This document shows positions 1-14,791 of a stretch of DNA of 64,000 nucleotides, one piece after another. Origin of the DNA: Lingula anatina (lineage: Eukaryota > Animalia > Brachiopoda); NCBI GenBank assembly GCA_051362555.1, contig CM120649.1, positions 8,184,001 through 8,248,000 on the forward strand, given 5' to 3'. Position numbers and translations under genes: made by a program. The notes beneath the pieces were generated by a model. The model ran no database searches and was not told the origin of the DNA. It saw nothing but the letters and a program-made list of their open reading frames with translations. Numbering within the stretch: the stretch's first letter is position 1; each line of letters starts with the position of its first letter.

Positions 1-61
1 ATATTGAAGGTTTTTATGAGAAATAAAAATGTCAGCTTGCATGTCACAATAATAGGCACAA

Positions 62-70
<9 letters not shown>

Positions 71-136
<66 letters not shown>

Positions 137-984
137 TCTTGTTTGGAGTATGATGCTCTCCAGTCTAGCTGTTTTAGGCCCCATACCTAATTTAGTTAAC
201 TGTTCATGTATTTTGTATAAACATATGTGTGAAACTAATAATAGTGTAGAGAGATTGTAAATGTAATTTGTAAACATTTTAGTTTTCAGTAATGTATTAT
301 GAAATGTAAACTGTATACAAAATAACTGTGCCATGTCTTTAGAACACAGGTGTATGAAGTTTTTTTTTTTTTTTTTTTTGTATTTCGCCGACTTATTTGT
401 CAAGTCATTTACAAGCTGCATAGAAAGGGAGTTCTATCTATTCTCCCATCTAAAATTTTGTTTGTGAATTTATATCCTTTTGAGCAATAGTTGTGTCAAG
501 TATTTTTAATGAGATAGACGACAAGAAGGTGTCACATGAAGAACTTCAAAGAAGTTTTGTCATTATGATGATTTATTTTTTTAATCTTTTCTTTTGTTTT
601 TCTACCTTTTTTGTTTTTGGGGGGGGGGGGGTGGCGGGTCAAAGAACATTGAAAATTTCGAGGATGTGCTTATAAAAATACTATGTATCCAAACAGAGTT
701 CTGATCATAATCGTAACACATTTTCAATTATTTTGAGGATAAAAACAAATACGTCCACTGATAACAATAAATGAGGTTATACGTACAGCCTGGTGATCAA
801 AATGCACAAATTGCAATCTTTTATACCAAAAATACATCTTATGCACCCAGCACAACTAAAAGGTTTTAAAATTTTCACGAAATTATATCCACCTGTTTGA
901 TAACATCTTACTATTTGACTTCATAAAATAATGTCACTTTTTTTCGTGTTCTAAGCAGGCGAGTGAGAAACATTCTAATTGCGC

Positions 985-1039
<55 letters not shown>

Positions 1040-1132
1040 GGGGTAGGTAACCACTTAGAACAAATAAAACAGCGCACGGAGGTTAATTCTCCGTAGCTGT
1101 TCTGCCTTCTGCATTTTGACCGAAGTGATTGC

Positions 1133-1229
<97 letters not shown>

Positions 1230-2232
1230 AAAGGAAACAAACAATAAATGGAAGGATACACACACACACACACACCCCTTCAATCCCCCTAGTCCCCACT
1301 TCAACTCTCTCTCCTGCCTATGTGAAAGCTTTTTTTCTGAAGCAGTGAGGTTACAGGTTTCAAGTTTACCTGGAATGTGCTTCTGCACTTGGCCATGCGC
1401 AGCAACAAACGCAATCAGGTGAGACTCTCGGTCTCCGCTAACACAGTTGCCTATGGTCGTCAACAAGCCAGAATTGCGTCAAATCAAATTTATGATTAAG
1501 ATTCTATGGCTTTAATTGAAATGCAATGAAATGTTAAAATGCATATAATATAATAAAGGAAATACATTTGGAGAGAGAGAGAGTACAGCTCAAAAACACG
1601 AAAGGCTAGATTCAAAAATAGCAATACATGCCTCCAAAGCAGTATCAAAATCTCAATTACATGGAGATGATGTTTTTCCAATCTCTCGGGAGTAATAATG
1701 ATAATGTCAGTCGTCTTTGTTAAAAAATCATAACAATAGATTAGTCAGGTAACTTTACGGGGATGCACGCTATTTTCATGGTTAGATAATCTTCCTAAAA
1801 GAAACGGATAGAATTGCCGCTAGATTTGAAACTTGATGATGCGCGTAATGCCTCGACCTAAGGTAAACCCATCTAAGAGAACACGTAAAAAATCTGTTTA
1901 CATAAGGTTATTCTTATCAGACTATTCGGATCAATTAACTAATTAATTAATATCAAGTTAGCATCTTTGTTTTGCCGTGGGCCAATCTTCGGGGACAGAA
2001 TTCTTTCTAAATGCCTTTTTACCATTTTTACTTAAATTGTTGGAGTCTCGGAAAGACATAACTTGACAGACATATACTTAGGCAAAAAAAATTTAAAGGG
2101 GTTTGATGAGACTTCTGGGATGAAGAAAAAACAATAGGGGCAATGTTAGGCGTGTAAGTGTAGCAGGAAAAATCCTCTGCAACTGAGATATTATACATAT
2201 GCACTGATAGATTCTTCTCTCTCTCTCTCTCT

Positions 2233-2321
<89 letters not shown>

Positions 2322-3128
2322 GAGAAAGACACACACAAGCGCACACACACACGCACACACACGCGCGCAAATTTTCTGAATACGTCAACAGCGTGCCAGC
2401 CAATCAAAAGCTCACATGAGCCCGTCTTCTCCCCGCAGGTTGTGTTCACACGGATCAATATCACTCTTTGTCCTACGTCGTGTTGCCCTCTAGTTCACCA
2501 TACAAACAGAACAAAAGACAATTCAATACCAGAACGCTGCTGCCAGGTTATCTACAAGCCGTTGCCCTGACAACGGTAGAAACGAACATTATGCGTTTTT
2601 TATTCTGTTATTTTTCTTTTTGTACACAGCGTTATTAGGCGCTGTCGTGTTTTTCATAAGATATTTAGACTACCTAGTTTGTTTCCTTTCTGTGATATGG
2701 CAAGCCTCTTCTAAGAGCAGAAGATCTTGCTTAAATTTATGAAATTTGAAGAGTAATATCTGGGTGAACAGTGTAAGGTTTTAGCACACTAAGTGCCCAA
2801 AGAAACATCAACTGTTGAACTAAAATGTAGTTTTAGAATTGGAATTATATCCTTGCAGGGTTTTATAGCAACTTTTCGGAGACTTTTTATTTCGGGATTA
2901 AGATATTTTTCAAGGTTCAAATTTTCCTTTTGTCAGATACTATTCCCTCACAAGAGTAGTCACCGGTGCCACGGAGGATTGAACAGGCAGTGGACATCTT
3001 TCTCCTAGTACTGAGAAATATTTAAATCCACAACCAAACAAGCCAAAAGCATATGTACGTGCAAGCTCACAAACAATGACGCACGCACGCATTCATGAGC
3101 GTCAGAACGAACGCGGGCGGCGGTCTTT

Positions 3129-3172
<44 letters not shown>

Positions 3173-3286
3173 CACCTACAGGTAAAACCGCAAGCAAACA
3201 CACGAACGTGCACAAAAATGCAAACACGCACACACAGACAGACATGCAGACGAACAAGTGCCCACGCACACACACAAACGTACAAA

Positions 3287-3330
<44 letters not shown>

Positions 3331-3358
3331 AAGAAGGAGGAGAGAGACACACACACAC
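71..3358. repeat. Microsatellite cluster: (CT)n 71-134, (GT)n 991-1037, polyA+(TA)n 1133-1226, (TA)n 2237-2317, (CA)n 3130-3170, (GA)n 3291-3326
   Basis: Directly visible; source of the low-complexity ORFs in the track. Confidence 0.97.
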
Positions 3359-6300
3359 CCAACTACACCACGAAAAAATTAACATATCGCCTCATAAAAA
3401 CAGACGCTTTCTGCTACATTATTACCAGTCCAATGCTTCAGAGAATCCTCCATCTCAACCGCAGCAATGAATAGAACACAAAAACTCTTTACAAGCATCC
3501 TTCAATGCGGCAGGCGTTGGCAAAGAATCCAGCCAATAAATTCACGCAACCGGGTATCAGGGAAAACTGCGCCTTATCTACGGCACTTGTAAACTAGTCT
3601 TCTATGGGTTCTTACTAAACAGGGGACGAAAGCGACGCTGAGTAATGCAGGCTACTTTTGCGGAGATTGCCGCACCCATTTTTAACCTTACTAATACGAA
3701 CAGGCGTTGTAAACTGCTTTAACGATAATTCATAGAACCCCGAAGTTCAAAGCCTTCGATTCTATATCAACAATGCCTGTCAGATAAATTTAATTTCTAA
3801 ATAAACGGAAGACGAGGGAGATCGTCTGCGCTGCAAGGTAATTCCAAAGAGGCTGAGCCCCTAATTTAGAAATTACTTTTCAGTGTAAAAGCTATATCCG
3901 TACCACGATAGACAGATAGGTGTTAGCGGATGGAACTTCACACCTTGAAAGCCTTTTGGTGTCTGCGACAAATACTGAAATGTCCCCATCTTGTGATTCT
4001 GCCACCCTTAGGTCTGTATTTTGTCTAATAGGCAAGATGGCTTCCGTCATGTTCTGAGTAGTTTCAAAGTGGATGGCCCCATTTTTAATTTATTTTTAGA
4101 CCTAATTATTTGTTACCGTTAAATCACAACAATAAGAAACACATTATGAAAAAACGATTTAGTAATAATAAGGCTAGTAATAAGGAGAAAAAAGAAGAGC
4201 CTTTTTGTCAATTAGATTTGTTATAGCGAAAGATCCCGTACTTATTCGTTTTGACCATTGCTATTGCAATAGATCTAACAATGCAAACCAAACATCCAAC
4301 CCAAAGTCACACTTATAGTCGACATAAATTGAAGCATTAAGCGAAAACTATCATTAGGAAGAAAATCAAAATTATCTTTTAAATATCAGGCAGAACGCTT
4401 TCCTACCATTCCAATTCAATACCAATTCAAATTTATTGTAGCTATAGTCTAACTATACCCGGACAAAACTGAAACGCAATTAACCTCGTTACTTATTAAA
4501 AGACACTTACGAGAGATAGACTAAAAATATCCTTACTTATGACTAGCAGTCCTAACTTAGTATAACTACACTCTAGCCATTTAATTTCGAGACAACATCA
4601 ACACATAATTAACTTCATCACTTATTACACTCGTCTTTGTTATCAGCGTATTAATGAAACAAAACATGAGGGCTACGCATGAAATATTCGCCTATCCTAT
4701 TCTGTGTCAAACCACAGTCTATTTCAATTTTATTCAAAACAACAAATATTTTTTCGTTGTCTTTAAACTACTAAATAAAATATTTCGAAAATTTTGCTCC
4801 CAAGAAATTACATTTACTTGTGTGTATTTGGATAATGCATGAAAATTTTGAAAGCCAAACGTTCAATTTCAAGCGTATTGTCTTTATGGTATAAAACAGT
4901 AATAAAGTAATAAATAAACAGCAAAAGGAAGAAAGAAAAAAGTTAAAGAAAAAGAAAGAAAAATCACCAAACAAACAATCGTATTTCCCTGTATAAAAAC
5001 GTAGCAAAATTAGCTTAATTGGAACCCACAATTCAACCACGTTAAGCTTCACTGAAAGTTGTCGTATTCTGGTTTAGTGACAATAAACAATAAAATGCAA
5101 CATCAACCCATTACACATACACACAATCCTGCATATTGTATCAAAAGAATCAGTAAATATACCGCCCATTATAAATTAAAATGTATTTGATTAATCGCAT
5201 TAGGTATCATAATACTCCCCTATTCCACTCAGAAGAATAAATTTGTCTACTTTTTTCTTGAAAGGAAAGTTTTTAAATATGTACATAGATCTGATTGAAA
5301 ATTTCGGTGCGTTTCGGGAGCTGTAAAAGTTATAATAGTTTTGTTTAAGAATCCAAAGTTGTTGATTTGTTGAAGAATGGTCCCCTATCCTAGGTGTAGA
5401 ACAAGGTTTTAACTGTCCTAGACGCTGACGCTGCGACAGTTTGATTGTTCTGCTAATTAATTAATAAGTTAATTATCCTTACACCTAAACAAATACGCAC
5501 TGTGATACAAGAACTAATTTACAAATACCAAGGTTTCGATTGAAATCCCTTCTTGTAGTTTTGATTATTGTATCTATTATTCAACGCGTTTTTGTCGCCC
5601 TGCGACCACAATTCAATGCAGTGTACACAGGTTTTTCACAAACCGGGCGAAAAATGTCAGGGCAATGGAAAAGAAAGTGATTTGCGAACATGAACTGCCA
5701 ATGTTATAGTATAGATGTGCCTATCACTTTTTGCTTGTGTTTTCGTGCTTATTTTCTTCCTTGGACCGAGGTTATAGCCCTGTAAACTTTCTGCTATTAC
5801 AGATTTAGGAAAGTTATTATAAAGAGAGAGAGAGAGAGGGAGAGAGATTTTGTAGATTCAGTTTTACATAGATAAAATTTTAAGACTGTTACTGAGCTTA
5901 CAATTTAGCCTATAGTTGGTCTTGGGGAGGAAGACGCAACGTTGTCAAGTAGAGTTAATCTGAAATCCAGGAAAGAGTGTCAAAACTTGAAATACAGTTA
6001 GACAGTAGGTAAGTGACGAAGAACAGGAAAATTGGAACGGAAATAAAACCAATCGGTCAAACAAACAAATAAATAAATAAACAAATCATGAATTTCCCTG
6101 CATCATGGAGGACTCTTAGCACTTCCGTACCAACACCCTGTGTAGATTGTAAATTAAGAATCCGCTTCAGATAGACGAAATACGCGAATAGTTTCTTCAA
6201 TTGGTTATAGCATGCAGCTTTGCAGGATATTTAGACATAGAAATATGACTTTGGGACATTTTTAAACACGTATGCTATACCTTAAGCAAATGATTACATG

Positions 6301-6710
6301 CAATCCGTGTAAAACACGACTCTCAAGCAAACGAAGTACATGTACCCCCCCCCCCCCCAACACACACACACACAAACTAACAATTGGTTTACATGTCTTT
6401 GAAACATCATCAACAGACTTTTTTGGCAACAGATAGGAAAATAAACGAGATTTCAGACTATGAAAAATGCAAAAAATACATGAAGTTCTATAAATAACCA
6501 GCAGAGGTGAAAACTGCGCTATTTTGTACCATGTAAGCACATTACATGTGACATTTCCGAAAGTCAGTGAAGGAGTCCACTCAATTGTAACTAATATATC
6601 TTTTCCGTCAAATTAATTACAATTAATAACATTTTCACAGAAAGGTGATATTTGTTACAATTTTCCGTGATACGTAGGAGTGTATCAGGACACAAGAGTT
6701 AAGAAAATAA

Positions 6711-6958
6711 GACTGGGTTCCCATACTTAGATCGATCCATCTGGATCGACCTAACTCCCTGGGGATTCGCTCTAAATTGCTATCAGCTCAAGAGACTTAT
6801 AAATGTCTGTCACGCCTACCGAATCAGCTAGGGGTAAAGATAATTACCCCCTAACACCTTTTCCAGGCGTGTCATTATTTAAGCCGATTACGTTGATAGC
6901 AACTTTGTGAGACTCCCCAGGAAAATGGATCGACCCAAATATCTGTGGGAATGGTCCC
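6711..6958. mobile_element. PIF/Harbinger-type palindromic MITE, family A
   Basis: TAA on both sides, imperfect TIR (TTCCCA..TGGGAA); the internal sequence TCGACCTAACTCCCTGGGG..TAAATTGC matches the 43.2-kb copy in reverse. Confidence 0.7.
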
Positions 6959-9900
6959 TAAGTTACAGACCTCAGTTCCGAGGGGTACCAAGTCTAAGCA
7001 TGTAATTATGACGTCACATACTGATCCCTTACTTCTCACCAATTCAACCCCCGTAAGCCCAACCATAACGTAGAAAAAACAAATTTTTTCAAACCAACCT
7101 TATGTGAGAATAACATATTACTTAAAACAATTTTTAAATATTTTTATGGAAATTGAGTTCGAGTAAAAGTTTATGTAAGTGTCCGCGCTGAAAGAGAAGT
7201 GATAGAAAGAGTTTGAAGTAGAAAGCATAATACATTCTTATCTTAAAAATATATATATTTTTAAAAATGTAAAAATATCTACAACTTACCTTTCTAAATG
7301 AGAAAACGTTAGTATAAAGATTCATATCCATTAAGAGACGTATCCTCGCAGAATGTGTATCCTATAAATGTCAAAATGACGTATGCGCCGAGGCCCTTTA
7401 AAAATTATTCCGTATTTCTGGCACGCTGTCGCATGAACGAAGTATAATGCCTTGTTTCCCGTAGAGCGAAGATTCTGAATTTAACCAGGGGAATTCCATA
7501 CAGCCAAACACTATAATCGTCGTAGATATCCGTATTTTTGTGGCGGAAAGTTGGTTGAGCAGCGTACTAACGTAGTTTCTGGACCGAATTCCCAAAGGGG
7601 TAAAATTCCGAGGAATAGTTTCCAAGAAATGTGATGGCAACGCTCGTTACTTAACTTAACGACGAGCTTTCTTTGTCAATTTTCATCTGACCAGAGGACC
7701 CATCATCAAGCCGGCTCTGGATTCAACCTGAATTTCGAGAAATTTTTCTTCGGGAAATGATATACAAACAAGATGTACAGACGCACAGACGTTCGATGAG
7801 CGATCGCAGTCCAAATAGTTCCATGGTTATTGGAATGGAGGAAAATTGAAATACAGGGTTAAGACGGAAACTTCCGACAACTTGACAACCTTGAAACTGT
7901 TAGATAGCGCTGTAGACAGTTGTTACAACCCTCAAATGTAGGTAAACAGGTAGAGTTTACTTTGAGCTCTGTACACGACTCCTAGAGGTTAGGTCGAAGG
8001 GCAATCCGCGTGCGCTCTTTGCCTGTCCTGCTGGTCACATAAAAGGCAAGATGGCGCCGGTGAACAGCAATAATCTTGGTAAACTGTTTGCGTCAGACAT
8101 TTCCATGTGAGATGAACAGTGCAGGGTCGTTTGGCCGTACACCACTTCTCTGTGAGACGCGAACACTGCCTGTCTGAAGTTTCCCTAACTTGTCTTTCCT
8201 TCGTTTCTGTGAATCGATTTATTAGAGGATGGTGGCTCGGTTGTATGCTAAATCTTTCACAGAAGGGGAAAGCCTCGTATCTTACGTCTCCGTCCTCATT
8301 TTCAACTGAGCCTTTTTATTCTCTTTTTGACGTGAAGATGTTTCGGGTAGGTCCTCTGTCCTTTCGTTTAACAATTTTAGATATGTGTTTTTACAACTTT
8401 AAAAAATCAAAATGTAAATGATGTCTAACCTTCGGTAAAACTTGCCCGGACTAACGTATTCGTGAATTGATCCCAGACGCAATTCGAATATAAATTACAG
8501 CTAGTATTCCTCGTAATTCTTTGAATATCAGGTGTCGTAATTTGCCCATCGCATTTCAGAGTCATCATTCTTTTTGTTTAACATAAATCTTAGGTCTTGT
8601 TGCTTAGTTTTCCAAAAAAATATATATTGCAGAAACGGTTTCTCGCGTATTGCCTGAAGTAATGTGGTACTAAAACTATAGATATCGAGAATCGACATCG
8701 TAAATTATTTAGCAAGCCACTGATCTCGTTTTCAAGACCACAGAAGTGTAGCACCAAGGAAGTGTAGGAACCTATTCATGTAGCAGTTTTTCCTCCTTTT
8801 TCAAAACTGAAGTTTTATTTGTAGATCTTATAGTTACATTTCCTTTTGACAACTAACCTTTTTAGAACTAAACTTTTTTTCCAAAAAGATGATCGTCACC
8901 CGAAGGATGGTTCAATTTTCACAAGCGAAGACTGCCGACCTTTGCGTCCCTAGCGTCAAAATGTAATAAAACGAGATAGAGATTTCGAAGAGGACTTATA
9001 CACCTTGTGTCACCAAAACATATATGGAACTAAAAACCGAAGTCAGTTATTGGTTTGCTTTTCGAAAAATTTCATAGACTGCACCCAAATATTGGCTATT
9101 TAGCAAGAATCATCTGCCTTCATTGTCTTTCATAAGTGGAAGCGCAGCTTCGTGGATCTAGTTTTCAACCAATCACAAGAAGATCAGACGATCTTGGAAT
9201 CTTCTGGAAGTCTCTAGAAAGAATAAAAAAACGGAAAAACATGTACACTGAAAAAGTTGTAATTGTTAAACGTTTACACCTGAAATAACATAAACATTAA
9301 CAACATTAACTACTGGTTTTTAAAACAGACTTTCTTTTTTAAAAGAGAGAGCAAACGGCCTTAAAACGTTTTAATCCAACTGCCACATCTCTTTTTAATA
9401 GTAAAACAGATTTTTAATCGATGACTTTTAGCTTCCGTTTTTAATTTAACCTTATTGGGCTACAGAGTGGGGGGTGGGTTCGGAGTGGGGTGACGGACCC
9501 CCATCCCTCCCTCCCTCATTCATAATAACGCATATACTGTAGTCAAATACCCTGTAATTTGTCCTTTCTATACTTAATAATGCATTTTCATTGAAGACTA
9601 TCATTAGTCTACTGTGGCAATTCCTGTATTAAACAACCCAGTGGTCATTTTGACCGGTATTCCTTGAAAAGATCAGAATATCTACTTGCAGCGCCACAGC
9701 GCCCACGGCAGCCATTGTTGTGTGGAAAAAAAAGAACTATTTATATCCTGTTGATTTCATACCTGATGAATCCCGTCAATGAATTTCGTGAAAATATCTT
9801 TGCAAAATCACCCAGTGGTAAGTGACATTTTCAGCATAAAGAATCATTTGGCGATCCGCGTGTGGGAAGTGTTTCCTTGTCGTAAGACTGCAGACAGACG

Positions 9901-10619
9901 ATCAACATGAGTTCGGTGCTCTTATCATATCATATACAAAGTCATTCTAACTCTGTGCCTATCACAGCACATACAAGGTACTTTACCGACAATACAGCAC
10001 CAATGGAAATCCAGGAAACGGGGGATATTTCAAATTATCACTCATATAGACTTACAGAAGGAACAGACTGCCCGTATTACAAAACAGAAAAGCAGAAGCT
10101 CTAAAATACATTACGTATTGTCTGTAATAAAAGGAGCATTGTCCTCTCTCCGGGAGTTGATCAACCAGTGTATAGGTAATCAATGTATGGCATTATTATA
10201 TGTGAATTGAATGGAGAATACCTGTATGGTGTAATTTAAGCGAGACTGACATCCACCCTGCGTATGTTCTGTCTGAATAAAATCCGTTTTCACGTCCAGT
10301 GGTGCAGTTTTCTGTCCCGTCCGAGGTTGAGTACCCTCTATCAGGGTTACAGATTGAATTTATCTCTACATTTTCACAGAAATGCCAATGGCTTATTATG
10401 TGCACTTTTTTAGTCTAGCGAGAATTGACGCCATCACTCAGTTGGCCTCAGGTGGAGTGAACAGTTTGAGAAGTTGACAACTTACCGGTATGGTTATTAC
10501 ATAAGGAAATCACTTTAACAGAGCCTCCACTCGACACAACCGATAATACAGACTGATCTTGATAAGTGCTAGGGGCACATGAAAGAGAATTAAAAACCTG
10601 AAGCATAATAACGTGTAAA

Positions 10620-11033
10620 AGACACTGTTACACCTAGCGTATAGCACTAACATTTGAGAAAAATTGACCACACTTTGACAAACGCAAGGAGTTCGTTGAC
10701 TTGCGTCGTACACGTCTCGCATACCTGGAGGGAGATAAAAATGTTTTGAGCATGTCCAAAACCAATTTCATACGCTGCTTGTACTCTCTACCAGGGCAAC
10801 AGTTTGATTTTCCACAGATATTCACAGATACGTCTCTAGATAAATAGACAGTCATTTGGCCCTGTGTGGATTTTTCCGTTTTTCCCTATTTAATCTGTCG
10901 CCCTGGTACGCTGCTTGTAGCCAACCTTCATTTTAAAACGGTGGAAACAGGATGATTTCATACGCTCAAAGGTGTGCGTATAATCAATGTCACATAAGGT
11001 GCTCATAAGTACCTCTTTACGCTAGGTGTGACC
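10620..11033. mobile_element. MITE family B, copy 1
   Basis: TIR ACACCTAGCGTA...TACGCTAGGTGT; internal sequence shared with 12775-13043. Confidence 0.7.
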
Positions 11034-11291
11034 AGGAGCACATCCAGAATTATTCGAAGGGGGGTCCGCGGATGCGAAGCCGATTCCCCCCCCCTCCCCC
11101 GGTCCGCTGAATGGCCCCGAAAAATTGGGTATTTTAGAGGGCGAATGGTGCCATTTGGTACAGTTTTGTACTATAAATCAGCTAGTCAAAATTCTAATTC
11201 AAAGAGGGAAATATGAGTGTGAGTTTTTTCAGATACCGAAGGGGTTTCCACCACTAGACGTGACAGACCAGCCTTTAGACCTATCAAACTG
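11034..11291 (+). mobile_element. hAT-like MITE remnant; reverse-strand relative at ~62090-62309
   Basis: GGGGGGTCCGCGGATGC..GGTATTTTAGAGGG..GTGCCATTTGGTAC..AGCTAGTCAAAATTCTAATTC appears reverse-complemented at 62.1-62.3 kb, where the terminus is CCTGGATCCGCCCATG. Confidence 0.6.
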
Positions 11292-11339
11292 GTGCGATAC
11301 AGATAAATCTGTATCAATCTCTGTGAAAAAGACCTAAAA

Positions 11340-11603
11340 CTGCGTTCCCATTAACCCATCGTACTAGCTAGAACGATCTAACTCAGCGGGGCTTCTTGAT
11401 AAAGTGCTTTCAGTGTTATCAGCTTTATTGTCTGGCACGCCCCCTTGAGTAACTATGTGGTAACTAACTATCGTAAATCACCCCCTAGCAGCTTGAATCG
11501 GCGTGCCAGGCATTTAAGTCGCTTACACTGAATCCAATTTATCGAGAATCTTCACAGAGGTAGGCCGATCCAGCTAGTGCAATGGGTTTGTGGGAACGCT
11601 CCC
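11340..11603. mobile_element. Palindromic MITE related to family A
   Basis: GCGTTCCCATTAACCCAT...ATGGGTTTGTGGGAACGC termini, internal inverted segments (CTGGCACGCC/GGCGTGCCAG). Confidence 0.6.
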
Positions 11604-12678
11604 CAAAAGTCCAATTTGTGCCGATTACCTACAGCCCTCCACGTATATTTCCCGCTTTATATGTGTTGCATTATTTCCAATAAGATCAATTAGTTTATTA
11701 GTATTTATACTTGACATATGCTGTTCCTACTTCTATATCTTTTCAATTTCACTTTCTCTATTTATTTTTCTGTGTAATTTGTGTTATAGCTTACTGTGGA
11801 TCAAATATACCGAAACATCTTGTTTACTTTTTTCTGATAAATATTGCGAACGTTCAGCCCGCTTCTAGTTCTCCCCTATATTATCTCTAACAAGTCCACA
11901 CAGGCAGCATTAAAAGGGACGTTTATAAAGAAATTTTAGACGCCCGGCTGAGTTAATATATCATTTGTAAGCATCATATTATTTGAGGACTAATAAACAC
12001 CAGTAGCCCACAGAAAGTCTTCCTCGAAAAGAAGGACTAGGTCTAGCATTATTATTTGTGATCTATTTCTGGACTCGTAATGTCTAATACAGGATCATAA
12101 CGCTGGCAATGACGACGTTACGTCCTTCTCACGAGGACTTGAGCTGGTCACTTGAGCTGGTCACATAGGCTGGACATTGACTGGTCAGGCCATCGATAAG
12201 GTGACCCAGTGACCAGCAGAAGTCCACGAGATCTTGGACGAATGGAGCGAATTTGTTTTATTCGTCCTTATTCGTCCAAGACGTGATGCAACGTCGCCAT
12301 AGTATTATATTAATCATCTATTGACATTCATTACAAGTTCACAAACAGATTACTGATTTTGTGTAAATATCACTTCAGGATAAGCTACCAATCGCCAGAG
12401 TGACAAAGATCCCCGATGACTAGTCGACAAACATCAGTGAACGATTTCCTCCGCAGTGGCTCTGAAGCACGCGAAGAGGCCCCGAGGAGGGTGGTTTAGA
12501 GCAAATACTAGGGATTTAGGTGCCATTTCTACTGTACTATCTACCACGACTCTCTGTATGTCCGTCTGTCTGGCTGGCTATCCGGTGGCTTTCATAATGT
12601 AGAAGGGACGAATATGGAAATATTCAATACCTTGGTGTGAACGGTAATACGAGGGTGGTTATAAAGGTTTGAGTTTGA

Positions 12679-12721
<43 letters not shown>

Positions 12722-12774
12722 CACACAAAGCTCGTCGATCAAAATGACTTTCTCTCTCACACACACGTTCGGTA

Positions 12775-13043
12775 AAGCAGTATCACACCTAGCGTATAGC
12801 ACTAACGTATGAGAGAAATTACCCATACGCAGACAAACTTTTGTCGTTTTCGCTGGCAAACGTTGGTTCATATAGGCCTACTTGAAGAAAGTTTTGAGCA
12901 TGTTTAAAAATAATTTCATTCGCAGCTTTTATCTTCATGTAAAAACTGGATGTAAACAGGCTAATTTCATACGCTCAAAGCTGTGCGTATTACTGATGTC
13001 ATATACGATACTCGTACGTGTTTTCGCTAGGTGTGACAGAGCC
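12775..13043. mobile_element. MITE family B, copy 2 (internally deleted)
   Basis: TCACACCTAGCG...CGCTAGGTGTGACAGAGCC; shares CACCTAGCGTATAGCACTAAC and ATTTCATACGCTCAAAG with 10620-11033. Confidence 0.7.
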
Positions 13044-13424
13044 TTCAACGCCCGTACCCCGGCGTAAGCTTAAGAATACTCACTTCTTTAAAAAAAGGTT
13101 TAAACTGGCTTTAAAGGATTGGGATGAATCATTACAGTCATTTGTTAGCGGGGACGTAATCTGTCCTCCTTTCCCTCATAACTGATCACCTGAACAAAGT
13201 AAACAAATCAAACTCGTAACGGCGCGCGACGTCACGTAGTGTGATGCTCACAGTTAAACGCACTCAGTCCCTCGCTGTTCTCTCACCTAGTGCAGAAATG
13301 GGTCCTTGGCACTATTTAAAGCGACCAGCTGAACTTGAATGTCCGTGAATCCTTCGTGGTTTGACTTGTGCTCTCATACGTAGCTTTTGAATTAACCTGG
13401 ACTAGCAATAGGTCTTCTTCTTAC

Positions 13425-13553
13425 TGTGTACGTACTCAAAGGCGCTTGGAGAATTCGGAGTGAACGGTGCGGAGAGAGGACGCCGATTTCACGCAGCAGC
13501 ACGAAGGTCTGTAAGACGTAGATAACCATTTCTTTCTCTGTCTTCATCGCCAT
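13425..13553 (-). other. Candidate alternative first exon (MAMKTEKEMVIY...STYT|gtaaga) of the same minus-strand gene
   Basis: CpG-rich region, ATG-initiated 129-nt frame ending at a strong phase-0 donor; upstream CCAAT (attgg at ~13833). Could be UTR or chance. Confidence 0.25.
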
Positions 13554-14750
13554 TATACAGAATCAAAGGAGAACAAAAAAAATAATAACAGCGACGCTGA
13601 AGTGTTTAAACGACACCGCACGCTTCGTTCCAGAGATATACGGGCTGTGAGAGGGCGGCGATCACAGCCGGGACGTGGCGACCTGCGTCTCTCCCTCTCT
13701 CAACGGTCTCTCCAACACGAACTGTGGGAGGTACGTTGTTCGTAACGGGAAATAACAACTAGCATGAAAAGAGATCCATAATCATATTCGACAGGATGAT
13801 AACCGCAGCCATTTAATTCTTTGTTTCTTTTCATTGGTCGTTTTTGTGAGTCTCTGAAATGCAAGCTTTTGTGTATTTGAAGAGGGAACAATGCGGCGCT
13901 ATGATTGAGTACAGGGGGCCTTCAATGCGAGTAGATAACCAACAAAAGCGAAGCGTTTTCAAATGCAAAAAGATATTCGAGTGACTTAAGTTCAGTCGCA
14001 TAAGGAAATATAGGTTCTTTTGTCGAGGCTATTCATCCACTATCAGAGGACCGTTCTGATAAATTTCCCTTTGGAATAGGCGCAAACAAAACATATTATT
14101 GGCATTCAATGCTCCCCGGCTAATGCGGCTCTTCGTTTTCAATGCGAGCCTCGTCTTGCGTCAAAGCGTTGAACGCGCTTGAATACGCGGTCTTTAAGTA
14201 GCGGGACCGGACAATGCAGCGTTTCTCCGGGGTTTAATGCGGCCTATTAAGCACCTCTGTGTTGGATTTAATAACATCTAGTACTTGCTTTCAAGACATT
14301 TCCGCAAATAAGTTCAGTGTGACTGCGTTATGTATTCACGTATCCGTTAATCTCGTCAACCCCGGGGTTAAACACAATATGATTAGCATTGAAATGCGGA
14401 TTGAAAATCAACTTCGCAATTCTTATGTTAGATATTTAACTCTCTCGCTTAATTACGCCCGTTGAATGCGAATCGAGGTAAAGAAGTATCAGTGATAATT
14501 TCAAAGGGGCATAATGAACTATGTGATTTTGAACAATGCCTTCTACTTCAAGACGAGAGAGAAAGATCGAAGCTAGCCTGCTCTGAAGACCGCAGTTTTT
14601 TCGTCAAGAGTAGGTTGAGAGAGCAATGCGTTTGTTTTCACATGGCACGCGTGTTTGTTTATGCGCGTGTGTAGGCAAAATGAAAAGAAAATGTTAGGAT
14701 TACTTAGGGTTGTTCAACGCGTCGAAAAGGAGAGAAGATATAAGAGCCCG

Positions 14751-14753
<3 letters not shown>

Positions 14754-14791
<38 letters not shown>

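Noticed and set aside
44-3474. ORFs with YIYIYI, RERERE, HTHTHT and CVCVCV runs
   Set aside because: Translations of microsatellites; no coding signal.
9900-10420. Minus-strand peptide LHHTGILHSIHI, vaguely like the Gypsy pre-RT region; LTR-like text at ~9170-9230 and ~12100-12500
   Set aside because: No RT motifs, paired LTRs, PBS or TSD identified.
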